From the NCBI RefSeq assembly GCF_002483365.1, contig NZ_DLHT01000018.1, forward strand, positions 8,560 through 72,559: 64,000 bases of DNA, written 5' to 3'. This document shows positions 36,701 through 45,972 of this stretch, piece after piece. The DNA is from Cellvibrio sp. UBA7661 (lineage in GTDB: Bacteria; Pseudomonadota; Gammaproteobacteria; Pseudomonadales; Cellvibrionaceae). Position numbers and translations under genes: made by a program. Position 1 is the stretch's first letter. Every line of letters starts with the position of its first letter. Below the pieces are notes generated by a model. It did no database searches. It saw nothing but the letters and a program-made list of their open reading frames with translations, and had not been told where the DNA came from.

Positions 36701-37450
36701 TTGAAAATTTTAGTAGCTATTAAGCGCGTACCGGATGCGAATACCCGGGTACGTCCTCTTGCAGATGGAAGTGGTGTAAATATTGCCAATACCAAAATGG
36801 TGTTGAATCCATTTTGCGAAATTGCCGTCGAGGAGGCCATCCGCTTTAAAGAGCGCGGCATCGCCAATGAGGTAGTGGTTGTCAGTATCGGTGCTTCAGT
36901 CGTGCAGGAACAGTTGCGGAGTGCCCTGGCCTTAGGAGCGGATCGCGCTATCCACATTCTGTCGGATATACCTCTAGAGCCATTGGGTAAAGCCAAAGTG
37001 TTAGCTAATGTTGTCAAGCAGGAAAATCCAGGGTTGGTGCTGTTGGGTAAGCAATCTATTGATGGTGACCACAACCAGGTTGGCCAGATGCTGGCGGCCT
37101 TATGCAAGTATCCTCTGGCGACATTTGCCTCGCAGATCGAGCTAAAAGGCAATGAGATATGGGTGACGCGAGAGTTGGATGTTGGCCTGCAAACCCTTGC
37201 GCTCCGTTTGCCTGCGGTCGTTACAACAGATTTGCGTCTTAATGAGCCGCGTTATCCCACTATGCCGAATATTATGAAGGCGCGTCAGAAACCGCTGGCG
37301 ATTATTCCCATCGCTGAATTGGCCGTGGATGTTGAACCCCGTTTACGGGTGTTTGATTACCAGGCTCCAGCTGAGCGTAAGCCCGGCATTAAAGTGGGTA
37401 GTGTGGCGGAGTTAGTGGAAAAGTTGTGGCAGGAGGCCGGGGTGATATGA
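36701..37450 (+). CDS. etfB: electron transfer flavoprotein beta subunit
   Basis: 249 aa with a TTG start. Contains MKILVAIKRVPD...NPFCEIAVEEA...GKQSIDGD, the typical EtfB signature. Confidence 0.9.
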   Translation: MKILVAIKRVPDANTRVRPLADGSGVNIANTKMVLNPFCEIAVEEAIRFKERGIANEVVVVSIGASVVQEQLRSALALGADRAIHILSDIPLEPLGKAKVLANVVKQENPGLVLLGKQSIDGDHNQVGQMLAALCKYPLATFASQIELKGNEIWVTRELDVGLQTLALRLPAVVTTDLRLNEPRYPTMPNIMKARQKPLAIIPIAELAVDVEPRLRVFDYQAPAERKPGIKVGSVAELVEKLWQEAGVI

Positions 37451-38415
37451 GTACAACACATGAATCACGCGCAGCATTGGTTGTTATTGAGCTTGATGGT
37501 ACAGAGTTTTGCGATATTAATTGGAGAGTGATGGGCGCTATTGCCCGCCTGCGGGAATTTGGCGCATTAAACGTGGACTTGTTGCTGGCAGGATGGAAAT
37601 GTGGAGCGGCCGTTGATATTGCCGCAGCAATCCCGGGAGTCCGGCAAGTTCTGGTTGTGGATGACGAACGCTGTGAATTCCAGCTGGCAGAGGTTGTTGT
37701 ACCTTGGCTGGCAGCACTTGTTGATGGTTATTCTTACGTGCTGATCGGCGCAACAGCATTCGGTAAGAATCTGTTGCCGGGTGTGGCCGCTCTTGTTGAT
37801 AGCCAGCCCGTGACCGATGTCATCGCCATAGAAGCACACAATGTCTTTGCTCGTACTTGTTACGCCGGTCGGGTAATTGAGCGTGTTGCAAACCTGCAGC
37901 CAATCCAGTTACTGAGTATTCGCGGTACTGCGTTTGCTGCAATCACGCAAAGAAGCTCATCGATTCCGGCACCAATAACAAGGCTCACACCTCCAGCCGT
38001 TCAGGAGCATAGCCGTGTTGTCCGGCAGGAGCGGGTAGCATCTGAACGGCCAGAGCTCACATCGGCACGGGTTGTGGTCTCTGGTGGGAGAGGAATACAA
38101 AGCCGTGAGAACTTTCAATTACTGTACCGATTGGCGGATAAGTTATGTGCAGCGGTTGGTGCATCCCGCGCGGCCGTCGATGCTGGTTTTGCTACAAATG
38201 ACATGCAGGTTGGCCAGACGGGGAAGGCGGTTGCTCCGGAGTTGTATATCGCAGTAGGTTTGTCGGGTGCAGTTCAGCACGTGGCGGGCATGCGTGATGC
38301 TAAGGTAGTTGTGGCAATTAATAAGGACCCGGATGCCCCTATTTTTCAGGTGGCAGACTACGGGTTGGTTGCAGATTTATTTGAGGCAGTGCCGGAGTTG
38401 ATTGAGCGTTTATAA
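37447..38415 (+). CDS. etfA: electron transfer flavoprotein alpha subunit
   Basis: The ATG overlaps the etfB stop (ATGA). The C-terminal FAD-binding motif is VSGGRG...GASRAAVDAGF...QVGQTGK.V.P.LYIA.G.SGA.QH.AGM. Confidence 0.9.
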   Translation: MSTTHESRAALVVIELDGTEFCDINWRVMGAIARLREFGALNVDLLLAGWKCGAAVDIAAAIPGVRQVLVVDDERCEFQLAEVVVPWLAALVDGYSYVLIGATAFGKNLLPGVAALVDSQPVTDVIAIEAHNVFARTCYAGRVIERVANLQPIQLLSIRGTAFAAITQRSSSIPAPITRLTPPAVQEHSRVVRQERVASERPELTSARVVVSGGRGIQSRENFQLLYRLADKLCAAVGASRAAVDAGFATNDMQVGQTGKAVAPELYIAVGLSGAVQHVAGMRDAKVVVAINKDPDAPIFQVADYGLVADLFEAVPELIERL

Positions 38416-38506
38416 AGCGAATAAGAAGCCGCTTTTCTTGATGATTTTCGCTACAATGTCGCCTCTGTTTTTATCCCTCTTCTTTATTTTTCAGGTTTTA
38501 TTGCGC

Positions 38507-38704
38507 ATGACATTCGAACAATTCGAAACTTGGGCCATGTATATTTGTGTTGGTGGCTTAGTAGTGTTTATGTTTTTTATTGTGTGGGATCTCGCTAAAA
38601 AATCCAAAGCCGGCAAGTTTGGTACTTTTGTGCTGTTCGGTGTGCTTGGATTTGCGATTATGGTTTTTGTTATCAAAGAAGTATTCGTCCATATTCTCGG
38701 TTAA
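38507..38704 (+). CDS. small two-TM membrane protein (DUF2788-like)
   Basis: 65 aa from MTFEQFETWAMYI. It has two hydrophobic helices separated by WDLAKKSKAGKFG. The family name comes from memory of similar small proteins. The longer ORF start at 38402 overlaps etfA and is rejected. Confidence 0.45.
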   Translation: MTFEQFETWAMYICVGGLVVFMFFIVWDLAKKSKAGKFGTFVLFGVLGFAIMVFVIKEVFVHILG

Positions 38705-38759
38705 AGCATTGAAATTTATTTTTTAGTGCTTCAACCCTGCGCCTACAACTGGATACCTT

Positions 38760-40958
38760 ATGCTCCATTTTTTTGTTCCCGCCACTAAGGTGCAAAAAGA
38801 CCGCGCCATCATGCGTGAAACAGATGCACGCGTAGCCAAGTACAGCCGACGTGGCTTGATACTGAACTTCATCGTCTTTGTACTGTGTTTGGCATTCGGT
38901 GATTTTCAGGAAAAAGAGCACAATCTAGCCATTGTCCTGGTGACGGGCCTGCTGCTGGTGACACTCGGGCGTAGTTACTATCTCTTCCGTTTTGACACTC
39001 TCTATGCGCGTGCGCCAACACGTTGGCGCAACCAATACTTTTTTGCATCTTGCCTTGGTGCTGCCTGGTGGAGCGCAATTCTGGTAACGCTCACCTGGGT
39101 ACAGGGTATGCGTGATGAAACACTGGTGATGTGGCTGTACTCGGTAGTGTTTTATTCCAGTGTTGCCAACGTATTTGCGCCTTACAGACATTTTCTCAGT
39201 TTGTATTTAGCGATAGGCCAGATTCCTGCTGCCATTACCGCAATTTTATTAGGTACTGCAGAAGGTGCCCTCTATGGCTGCATCATGCTGGTGTTTTATG
39301 TGATGCTCAGTCACCAGGGCAAAGTAACATCACTAGCGTATTGGGAGCGTTTGGAGGCTCATTATTCACTGCGCGAGCGCGCACAGGGGTTGGAAAATGA
39401 AAAGCGTAGTTCCCAAGCGCAAATTGAATTAAAAAATGAATTTCTGGTTAATCTCGGGCAGGAAATCCGTTCATCTATCAGCGATGTAATGAGTACTTTG
39501 TCATTGATCGATGACAGCCAATTATCTGAACATCATCGCGAGTTACTGGCGACGGCGAATAAAGCCACTGGCAGACAAATCGATCTGGTTAACAACGTCG
39601 TTGATTTTTCCAAAATTACGACGAAAACCTTGGTACTCGATGAAGTTGAATTTGATTTGCGCCGGGTTTTGGAAAAATTTGTCCAGGATTTTACGCTCGA
39701 TGCGCATCAGCAAGGTATAGAGCTGTATTACAACTTTGACCCTAATATGCCATTGCGGGTGAAGGGCGATGTCACGCGCCTGAATCAAATCCTGGCAACA
39801 CTACTCAACCATACACTGAAAGCGAGCCGAATAGATCATGTGTATATTGAGGCCCGTTTTCATCAAGAGCAGGATGACTTCGGTGAGCTGCAAGTCATTA
39901 TCAGTGACGGCGAAAAAAATATCGCCGGTGAAAATGATCCTGAAGCTTATGAAAGCAAACAGACGGGTATCGGCCTTTCAATTTGTAAAGGTTTGGCTGA
40001 GTGTATGGGTGGAAGTATTCATCTGCGCGAAAATAAAAATCGCGGCAACCGGATTTTTATTAATGTCGCATTGCAGGTCATTTCCCATGAAGAGCGCCGT
40101 TTTGGTTCTGAACAAAAGTTGCGTGGTAAACGAGCGCTTTTAGTAGATTTGCCAGATAGTAATGCCAACGCGTTGGCCGATGAGATTAATGCTTGGGGTA
40201 TGAGTACCACCATTGTGGCCGGGCAAGAGCAGGCAATTGCCAAATTGCGCGAGCAACGGGCCAGCTCAGCGCCGTTTGATATGGTGCTCATTTTTACCAA
40301 GCTAAACAATATGAATGGTTTGGCGTTGTCCCGTGAGATTGTGTCTCACCCCGATATTGCAGATGTTAAACAAATTATTGCGATGAGTATTTTGCAGAGC
40401 GATAGCCCGGAGATGAAATTACACCTGCGTACTTATCCGCAGGTGAGCATTATTGAAAAACCCATTATGCGCCGCCGTCTGCTTGATATTGCAGTGCAAA
40501 AATTATTAAACCTGAATAGTGAAGATGAGCAGCGAAAAACCATTGATAAAGAAACTGTTGGAATGGTGGTTGTGCCGCGAGTCTTGCTGGTGGAAGATCA
40601 TCGTGTCGATCAAATGGTCATCAGCGCTATGCTCAAAAAACTCGGCTGTTATGTGCAAGTAGCGCAAAACGGTTTGGAGGCGGTAGAAATTGTTGAAAAA
40701 GAGCGCTTTGATTTGGTGTTGATGGATTACGACATGAAAGAGCAAGACAGTATTGTTGCCACAGAAAAAATCCGCAACTATGAACGCATGACACACAGTG
40801 TGCGCCGTCTACCTATTATTGCTGTAACCTCAGCACAATCTGAAACCGATCAGGATGTCTATCTGTCTGCGGGTATGGATGATCACATTAGCAAGCCGAT
40901 CCGCTACGATGATCTGGATGTGAGGCTTCAACGTTGGCTTGAACAGTCTGGCGTTTAA
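38760..40958 (+). CDS. hybrid sensor kinase-like protein with degenerate H box, a pseudo-receiver and an intact receiver
   Basis: 732 aa. A roughly 6-TM N-terminus is followed by a DHp-like segment reading FLVNLGQEIRSSIS, where kinases have SHEIRTP. The ATPase boxes are partly degenerate (LLNHTLKAS, SDGEKN, QTGIGLSIC). The first receiver lacks the acceptor Asp (MVLIFTKL). The second receiver is canonical (LVEDH, LVLMDYDM, AVTS, SKP). Confidence 0.75.
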   Translation: MLHFFVPATKVQKDRAIMRETDARVAKYSRRGLILNFIVFVLCLAFGDFQEKEHNLAIVLVTGLLLVTLGRSYYLFRFDTLYARAPTRWRNQYFFASCLGAAWWSAILVTLTWVQGMRDETLVMWLYSVVFYSSVANVFAPYRHFLSLYLAIGQIPAAITAILLGTAEGALYGCIMLVFYVMLSHQGKVTSLAYWERLEAHYSLRERAQGLENEKRSSQAQIELKNEFLVNLGQEIRSSISDVMSTLSLIDDSQLSEHHRELLATANKATGRQIDLVNNVVDFSKITTKTLVLDEVEFDLRRVLEKFVQDFTLDAHQQGIELYYNFDPNMPLRVKGDVTRLNQILATLLNHTLKASRIDHVYIEARFHQEQDDFGELQVIISDGEKNIAGENDPEAYESKQTGIGLSICKGLAECMGGSIHLRENKNRGNRIFINVALQVISHEERRFGSEQKLRGKRALLVDLPDSNANALADEINAWGMSTTIVAGQEQAIAKLREQRASSAPFDMVLIFTKLNNMNGLALSREIVSHPDIADVKQIIAMSILQSDSPEMKLHLRTYPQVSIIEKPIMRRRLLDIAVQKLLNLNSEDEQRKTIDKETVGMVVVPRVLLVEDHRVDQMVISAMLKKLGCYVQVAQNGLEAVEIVEKERFDLVLMDYDMKEQDSIVATEKIRNYERMTHSVRRLPIIAVTSAQSETDQDVYLSAGMDDHISKPIRYDDLDVRLQRWLEQSGV

Positions 40959-41008
40959 CAAGGTATGAGCAAAGAAGCGTTTATATTCGTAAACCTGCAA
41001 GCTGGGTC

Positions 41009-41045
41009 AAAATGCCGCTGATAAAATCAGCGGCATTTTTATTTT
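41009..41045 (+). terminator. rho-independent terminator
   Basis: AAAATGCCGCTGAT-aaa-ATCAGCGGCATTTTTATTTT. Confidence 0.85.
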
Positions 41046-41184
41046 CAGGCAGCTGATTTTAAAACTATGCTGTAAGGCATGCATGCCTTCAATATCACCA
41101 GATCACTATTATAAAACTACTATAAAAAACCAAACAAACCATCAAACACTACATATAAAACAAACAGCGCATAAAGGGTTGGCA

Positions 41185-44100
41185 ATGAACAGAGTTCATC
41201 AGAGTAATACCATTTCGTCTGTCTTCATGTCGTTTCTCCATCTTGTGGGGGCGGTAGCAGTCATTTTTGGCTTGGCGGCCTGCGGGAAAACAGAACCTCC
41301 CCCGAGCACAGTGAAAAAAGAGCAGTCCACGCAAGAAACTGTTGTTGGAGCCAAAATACTGGTGTTCAGTAAAACAGCAGGTTGGCGTCATGATTCCATT
41401 CCTGCAGGCATTGAAGCCTTGCAGAAGCTGGCAGCTGAAAATCAATTTACGGTTGTTGCGAGCGAAGATTCAAGTGTATTTACAGATGCTGAGCTCAGCC
41501 AATTCAATGCAATCATTTTCTTAAACACAACGCTCAATATTCTTGATGAGAATCAGGAATTGGCAATGGAGCGATACATTCAAGCAGGTGGTGGTTTTGT
41601 TGGGGTGCATGCCGCAGCAGATACGGAGTGGGAAGGTGACTGGTTTTGGTATCGCAACCTGGTGGGCGCTGTTTTTAAAAACCACCCGAATGAGCCAAGT
41701 AATGTGCAGGTGGCAACCGTCAATTTCACTGATAAAAAACATCCTTCAACCGAAAAAATGCCAGATGCGTTTTCTATGGCAGATGAATGGTACAACTATC
41801 GCGATATGTATGAATTTATCAACGTCGTAGCCAAGGTTGATGAATCTACTTATGTCGGCGGTGAGCATGATCACGATCATCCTATTTCCTGGTATCACGA
41901 ATACGATGGTGGCCGTGCGTTTTATACTGGTATGGGACATTCAGCTGAGGTTTATTCCAATCCTGATTTCCTGAAACATTTGTTGGGTGGTATCACCTAC
42001 GCAGTTGGTCTCAACCATCGCCCGGGTTTTACACCGCGTTTGGATTACTCCAAATCCCGTCCGGAAAATAATCGTTTCATTAAAAAAACCTTGGTTGAAA
42101 ATTTGGATGAGCCAGTCAAGTTGGCATTTTTTCCTAATGGCGACGCTCTTATTGCATTGCGTCCGGGAAAATTCCAGCGTGTTGATTACAAAACCAATCA
42201 ACTAAGCGATGCCGGAAAATTAGTGACTGCTTATGATAAATATCAGGAGTGGGGGCTTGTTGGTGTAGCGGTAGATCCTGAGTTTGCAACCACGCAAGCT
42301 ATTTATGCAGCCTTCACTACAAAAGATGAAGCGGGAAATATCTATCAGCGGTTGTCCCGTTTTTTGTGGCGCAATAATCAGGTAGATGCAGCGACAGAGC
42401 AAATGATCCTGCAGTATCAGATTGATAATAACTGCTGTCACACCGGTGGTGATTTACAGTTTGGCCAAAATGGCGAATTGTTTTTTTCAACGGGCGATAA
42501 CACCAACCCACATGATCAAGATGGTTACGCTCCTGTAGATCTTCGCCCTGGTATGAAGAAAAATGATGGTATGCGCGGGCCCGGCAACACTCAGGATTTG
42601 CGCGGTAAAGTATTGCGCATCAAGCCGAAAGCAGAAGGCGGATACGATATCCCGGAAGGGAACCTCTTCAGTGATGCTGCCCAAGGTCGCCCAGAAATTT
42701 ACGTAATGGGTGCGCGTAACCCATACAGTATTACTTACGATAAAAAAACCAGCACATTGTTTTATGGTGATGTCGGACCTGATGCAAGCAACGACTCTGA
42801 AGAAAAAGGTTCACGCGGTTACGATGAGGTTAACCGTGTAACAGCGCCAGGAAATTTTGGTTGGCCGTTAGTTATTGGCCAAAATCGCCCATACAAACAA
42901 TACGATTACGTCAATAAAAAAACGGGCGAGTTCGTTGATGTAAATGCCCCTGTTAATTATTCACCGAACAACACGGGTGCAAAACAATTGCCACCTGCAC
43001 AACCGGCATTTATTGCATATCCTTATGGGATTTCCGATGTTTTCCCTGAATTGGGTACAGGTGGACGTACAGCATTGGTTGCCGATGTTTATCGTGCGAA
43101 CGAGTATCCCGAATCAGTAAATCGCTATCCAGCGTATTACAACGAAAAATTATTTATTGTTGAATTTATGCGCGCCTGGGTAAAAGCCGTAAGCTTCGAT
43201 GCACAAGGGCGCATTCATAAGATTGAACCATTTGCACCGCAAATTAATTATGCATTACCGATTGATGCACGCTTCTCACCCGATGGCACTTTGTATGTGC
43301 TTGAATACGGTCTTTCGTGGTTCACCGGAAATCCAGATGCCCGTCTTGCCCGTATTGAATACGTAGGTGCAGGCAATCGTCCACCTATTGCAGAAATTGC
43401 TGTCAATAAAAGCCAGGCGGGAATTCCTGCTGCCATTCATGCATCAGCCAAAAAATCAGTCGACCTCGACAGCGATAAGATGGCTTATAAATGGGTATTG
43501 GGGTGTGCGGATAATAGTTGTCCACAACGGCAGTTGGGTGACGCTACTGAAGTGAACTTATCGTTTGATAAGGCTGGAAAATACAATTTGGCATTAACCG
43601 TGACAGATGTTCATGGTGCAACTTCATCCACAAATACCCAACTTGATATTGGCAATGAGCCTTCGCAGATCGAATTTTCGTTAAACCAAAACCAATCATT
43701 TTATTGGGCTGACACAAGCAAGCTGAACTACACCTTCACTGTTCAGGATCAAGAGGACGGTGCCGTTACCGAGGTCGACAACAGCAACCCGTTAATCACA
43801 TTTGAATATATTTCACCGGTCAGTAAAAAAGGGCAGGGGCATCAGGTTGTAGATGTTATCCAACAAGCAAAAGCATTGGTTGATGCGAATAATTGTCTTG
43901 GTTGCCATAAGGTAGATGAAAAGCTGGTTGGCCCGGCATTTCGCGATGTTGCCCGTAAATACCAAAATGACCCGAATGCAATTAAGTATTTGGTCAATAA
44001 ACTTGCTAACGGCGGTGCCGGTGTTTGGGGTGAGATGAATATGCCAGGCTTCTCTGGCTTGAGTGATGCAGATCGTACTGCGTTGGCGACTTATGTTTTG

Positions 44101-44706
44101 TCGCTGGCAGAAGATAACTCGCCTAAAGGTTTACCTTTATCTGGCGTAGTTGCGCTTGAATCCCATCAAAAAAATGTAACCGGCTTAACAGCGAATTCAC
44201 CATACAGCAGTCTTGGAGATGCCTATAAATTCTCAGCCAGTTATACCGATAAAGTTGCTAATGGTATGCCGTCGATCCAAACGGTTCAGGAGTTCAAGTT
44301 AGTCCCTTATCGTTTTGATTTTGATAGTGTATTTAACCCTGACCTGGCATCCAAAGGTGTAGCACAAGATACTTTCAGGGAGATTAAGACGATCAAGTTC
44401 AATGCGGATGATAATTGGGCTGGTTTTGCAATAGGCCGATATGATTTGTCATCGGTGAAGTCATTAAAAATTGGGGCACTCTTTTTCAAAGAGCCAACCA
44501 AATGGTTAATTGAAGTTCGCCGCGCAAATGCACAAGGTGACGTATTGGCGGAGGGTGTACTGACTCCCCAAGAGCTTAAAACCTACGGCCGTACAGAGAT
44601 TGTATTAAAAGAGTCTACAGGCTTCTTTGATCTGTATATCCAGGTGAAGCCCGAACAAAAAACGTCTGCTGAGTTGCGTTTGCAAGATATTAGTTTTGAA
44701 AAATAA
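41185..44706 (+). CDS. multidomain lipoprotein: ThuA-like + PQQ-type (sGDH-like) sugar dehydrogenase propeller + PKD + cytochrome c + CBM-like domain
   Basis: Start taken at MNRVHQSN (lipobox LAAC). Five domains follow. (1) A ThuA-like region (ILVFSKTAGWRHDSIP...GGGFVGVHAA...HPISW). (2) A glucose/sorbosone-dehydrogenase-like region (GLVGVAVDPEF...HTGGDLQFG...LRGKVLRI...GARNPY...NFGWP). (3) A PKD repeat (YNLALTVTDVHGAT). (4) A heme site CLGCH with a distal Met region (GVWGEMNMP). (5) A C-terminal beta-sandwich-like domain of about 190 aa. Confidence 0.75.
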   Translation: MNRVHQSNTISSVFMSFLHLVGAVAVIFGLAACGKTEPPPSTVKKEQSTQETVVGAKILVFSKTAGWRHDSIPAGIEALQKLAAENQFTVVASEDSSVFTDAELSQFNAIIFLNTTLNILDENQELAMERYIQAGGGFVGVHAAADTEWEGDWFWYRNLVGAVFKNHPNEPSNVQVATVNFTDKKHPSTEKMPDAFSMADEWYNYRDMYEFINVVAKVDESTYVGGEHDHDHPISWYHEYDGGRAFYTGMGHSAEVYSNPDFLKHLLGGITYAVGLNHRPGFTPRLDYSKSRPENNRFIKKTLVENLDEPVKLAFFPNGDALIALRPGKFQRVDYKTNQLSDAGKLVTAYDKYQEWGLVGVAVDPEFATTQAIYAAFTTKDEAGNIYQRLSRFLWRNNQVDAATEQMILQYQIDNNCCHTGGDLQFGQNGELFFSTGDNTNPHDQDGYAPVDLRPGMKKNDGMRGPGNTQDLRGKVLRIKPKAEGGYDIPEGNLFSDAAQGRPEIYVMGARNPYSITYDKKTSTLFYGDVGPDASNDSEEKGSRGYDEVNRVTAPGNFGWPLVIGQNRPYKQYDYVNKKTGEFVDVNAPVNYSPNNTGAKQLPPAQPAFIAYPYGISDVFPELGTGGRTALVADVYRANEYPESVNRYPAYYNEKLFIVEFMRAWVKAVSFDAQGRIHKIEPFAPQINYALPIDARFSPDGTLYVLEYGLSWFTGNPDARLARIEYVGAGNRPPIAEIAVNKSQAGIPAAIHASAKKSVDLDSDKMAYKWVLGCADNSCPQRQLGDATEVNLSFDKAGKYNLALTVTDVHGATSSTNTQLDIGNEPSQIEFSLNQNQSFYWADTSKLNYTFTVQDQEDGAVTEVDNSNPLITFEYISPVSKKGQGHQVVDVIQQAKALVDANNCLGCHKVDEKLVGPAFRDVARKYQNDPNAIKYLVNKLANGGAGVWGEMNMPGFSGLSDADRTALATYVLSLAEDNSPKGLPLSGVVALESHQKNVTGLTANSPYSSLGDAYKFSASYTDKVANGMPSIQTVQEFKLVPYRFDFDSVFNPDLASKGVAQDTFREIKTIKFNADDNWAGFAIGRYDLSSVKSLKIGALFFKEPTKWLIEVRRANAQGDVLAEGVLTPQELKTYGRTEIVLKESTGFFDLYIQVKPEQKTSAELRLQDISFEK

Positions 44707-44741
44707 AACTGGTATCTATAGATAATTACTGTTGAAAAAAT

Positions 44742-44771
44742 AAAAAAACCACGCTTGCGTGGTTTTTTTAT
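44742..44771. terminator. bidirectional rho-independent terminator
   Basis: AAAAAAACCACG-cttg-CGTGGTTTTTTTA lies between convergent genes. Confidence 0.9.
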
Positions 44772-44813
44772 TGAAAGTTTTTTGTTGTTTTTTATGGTTG
44801 TTGAATCGTGAGT

Positions 44814-45749
44814 TTATGAGTTTACCGCTGTAATTGCATCTGCACTGACGACACAGTTTCGGCCTGATTTTTTTGCCAGATATAATGCATTATCAGCTCG
44901 TTCAAAAAATTCATTAACGTGTTCTTTGGGAGATCCCTGGTAAGTGGCGATGCCAACGCTGATGGTCATATTGAGCATTTTGCCATTGTGTGAAATAGGT
45001 GTTTCGGCAATTTGCTGACGAATGCGCTCGGCAATAATTTTGGCTCCTTCGGAGTCTGTTTTTCCAAGTACAACTACAAATTCTTCGCCGCCATAACGGA
45101 AGGTGATATCACTGCCACGACATACGGATTGGATGGTTTTGGCTATTTCGCGGAGCACCATGTCACCGCGATTATGTCCGTATTCATCGTTAATTTTTTT
45201 GAAAAAATCAACATCGATGATTAACAAGGATAATGGCGTTTTGTGGCGTTCTGCCATTTGCAACTCACGGCGCAAGGCGGTATCCAAAGCGGCGCGATTA
45301 CCCAACATAGTAAGCGGATCAAGCAGGGCAAGGCGCATGGCCGTTTGGTAGCGGATTGAGTTGCGCAGTGGGTAAATCAGCGAGCTTAGTAAAAACTCCA
45401 GCGTAATTAATTCAGCTTCAACAAAGCGTTTACTGCGACTAAAAATGATTTCACCCAGATAGCCTTCATCGGTAGTCAAACGATAATCGCAGTGATGCAG
45501 GCATTCACGGCCCACTTTTAAGACATTGCTACCGTCACTGAACTTAAAAACCAGACCAGATACATTGACCAAGGATTGGATGTGTTTGTAAAACAGATTG
45601 AGGATTTCCCCGGTGTCCAGGCTCATTTGTAACGCCTGGGACAGGCGTACCCGAGTGCTGAGCTCCTGTTCAGGTGTCAGGGGGATGAGAGGAATGTTGG
45701 CTGCGCCATTTACCTGATGGGAATTAGTCACCAGAGTCATGTCCCGCAT
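44814..45749 (-). CDS. diguanylate cyclase (N-terminal sensory domain + GGDEF)
   Basis: 311 aa. Active-site GGEEF with an RxxD I-site five residues upstream (RGSDITFRYGGEEF), plus DVDFFKKINDEYGH. Confidence 0.85.
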   Translation of the reverse strand: MRDMTLVTNSHQVNGAANIPLIPLTPEQELSTRVRLSQALQMSLDTGEILNLFYKHIQSLVNVSGLVFKFSDGSNVLKVGRECLHHCDYRLTTDEGYLGEIIFSRSKRFVEAELITLEFLLSSLIYPLRNSIRYQTAMRLALLDPLTMLGNRAALDTALRRELQMAERHKTPLSLLIIDVDFFKKINDEYGHNRGDMVLREIAKTIQSVCRGSDITFRYGGEEFVVVLGKTDSEGAKIIAERIRQQIAETPISHNGKMLNMTISVGIATYQGSPKEHVNEFFERADNALYLAKKSGRNCVVSADAITAVNS

Positions 45750-45972
45750 ATTCTTTACCTGTCACGTTAAAAGTTATTCGTCGCCTAATTGCCGTTTTTG
45801 AATAATTAGGCGCCAGTGAAAGGTGTTTAGCGAAATTCATGCCATTCGATTTTTATAATTTTATTTCCATTAAAATCAAATAGTTGGCGGGTTCTGCGGA
45901 TGTTGGGCGGCAGTGTTATCGTCAGGAAGTCAACAGGTTGAATGCGGTAAAGCGGAAATCTTTTGCCGCCAG

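Noticed and set aside
36646-37152. 168-aa minus-strand ORF opposite etfB. Also the 171-aa ORF at 29912-30427 opposite the MASE1 kinase and the 153-aa ORF at 56300-56761 opposite the FHA gene.
   Set aside because: Each lies antisense to a gene with clear domain signatures. None has an independent signal.
38402-38506. N-terminal extension of the small membrane-protein ORF (MSVYKANKKPLFLMIFATMSPLF...).
   Set aside because: The extension overlaps the 3' end of etfA. The internal Met at 38507 gives the compact two-helix protein typical of this kind of small membrane protein.
45750-45972. Short overlapping ORFs (45884-46093 plus strand, 45930-46172 minus strand) in and near the GGDEF-cpxA spacer.
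   Set aside because: They overlap the 3' end of the cpxA-like gene, are basic and low-complexity, and have no SD or family signal.
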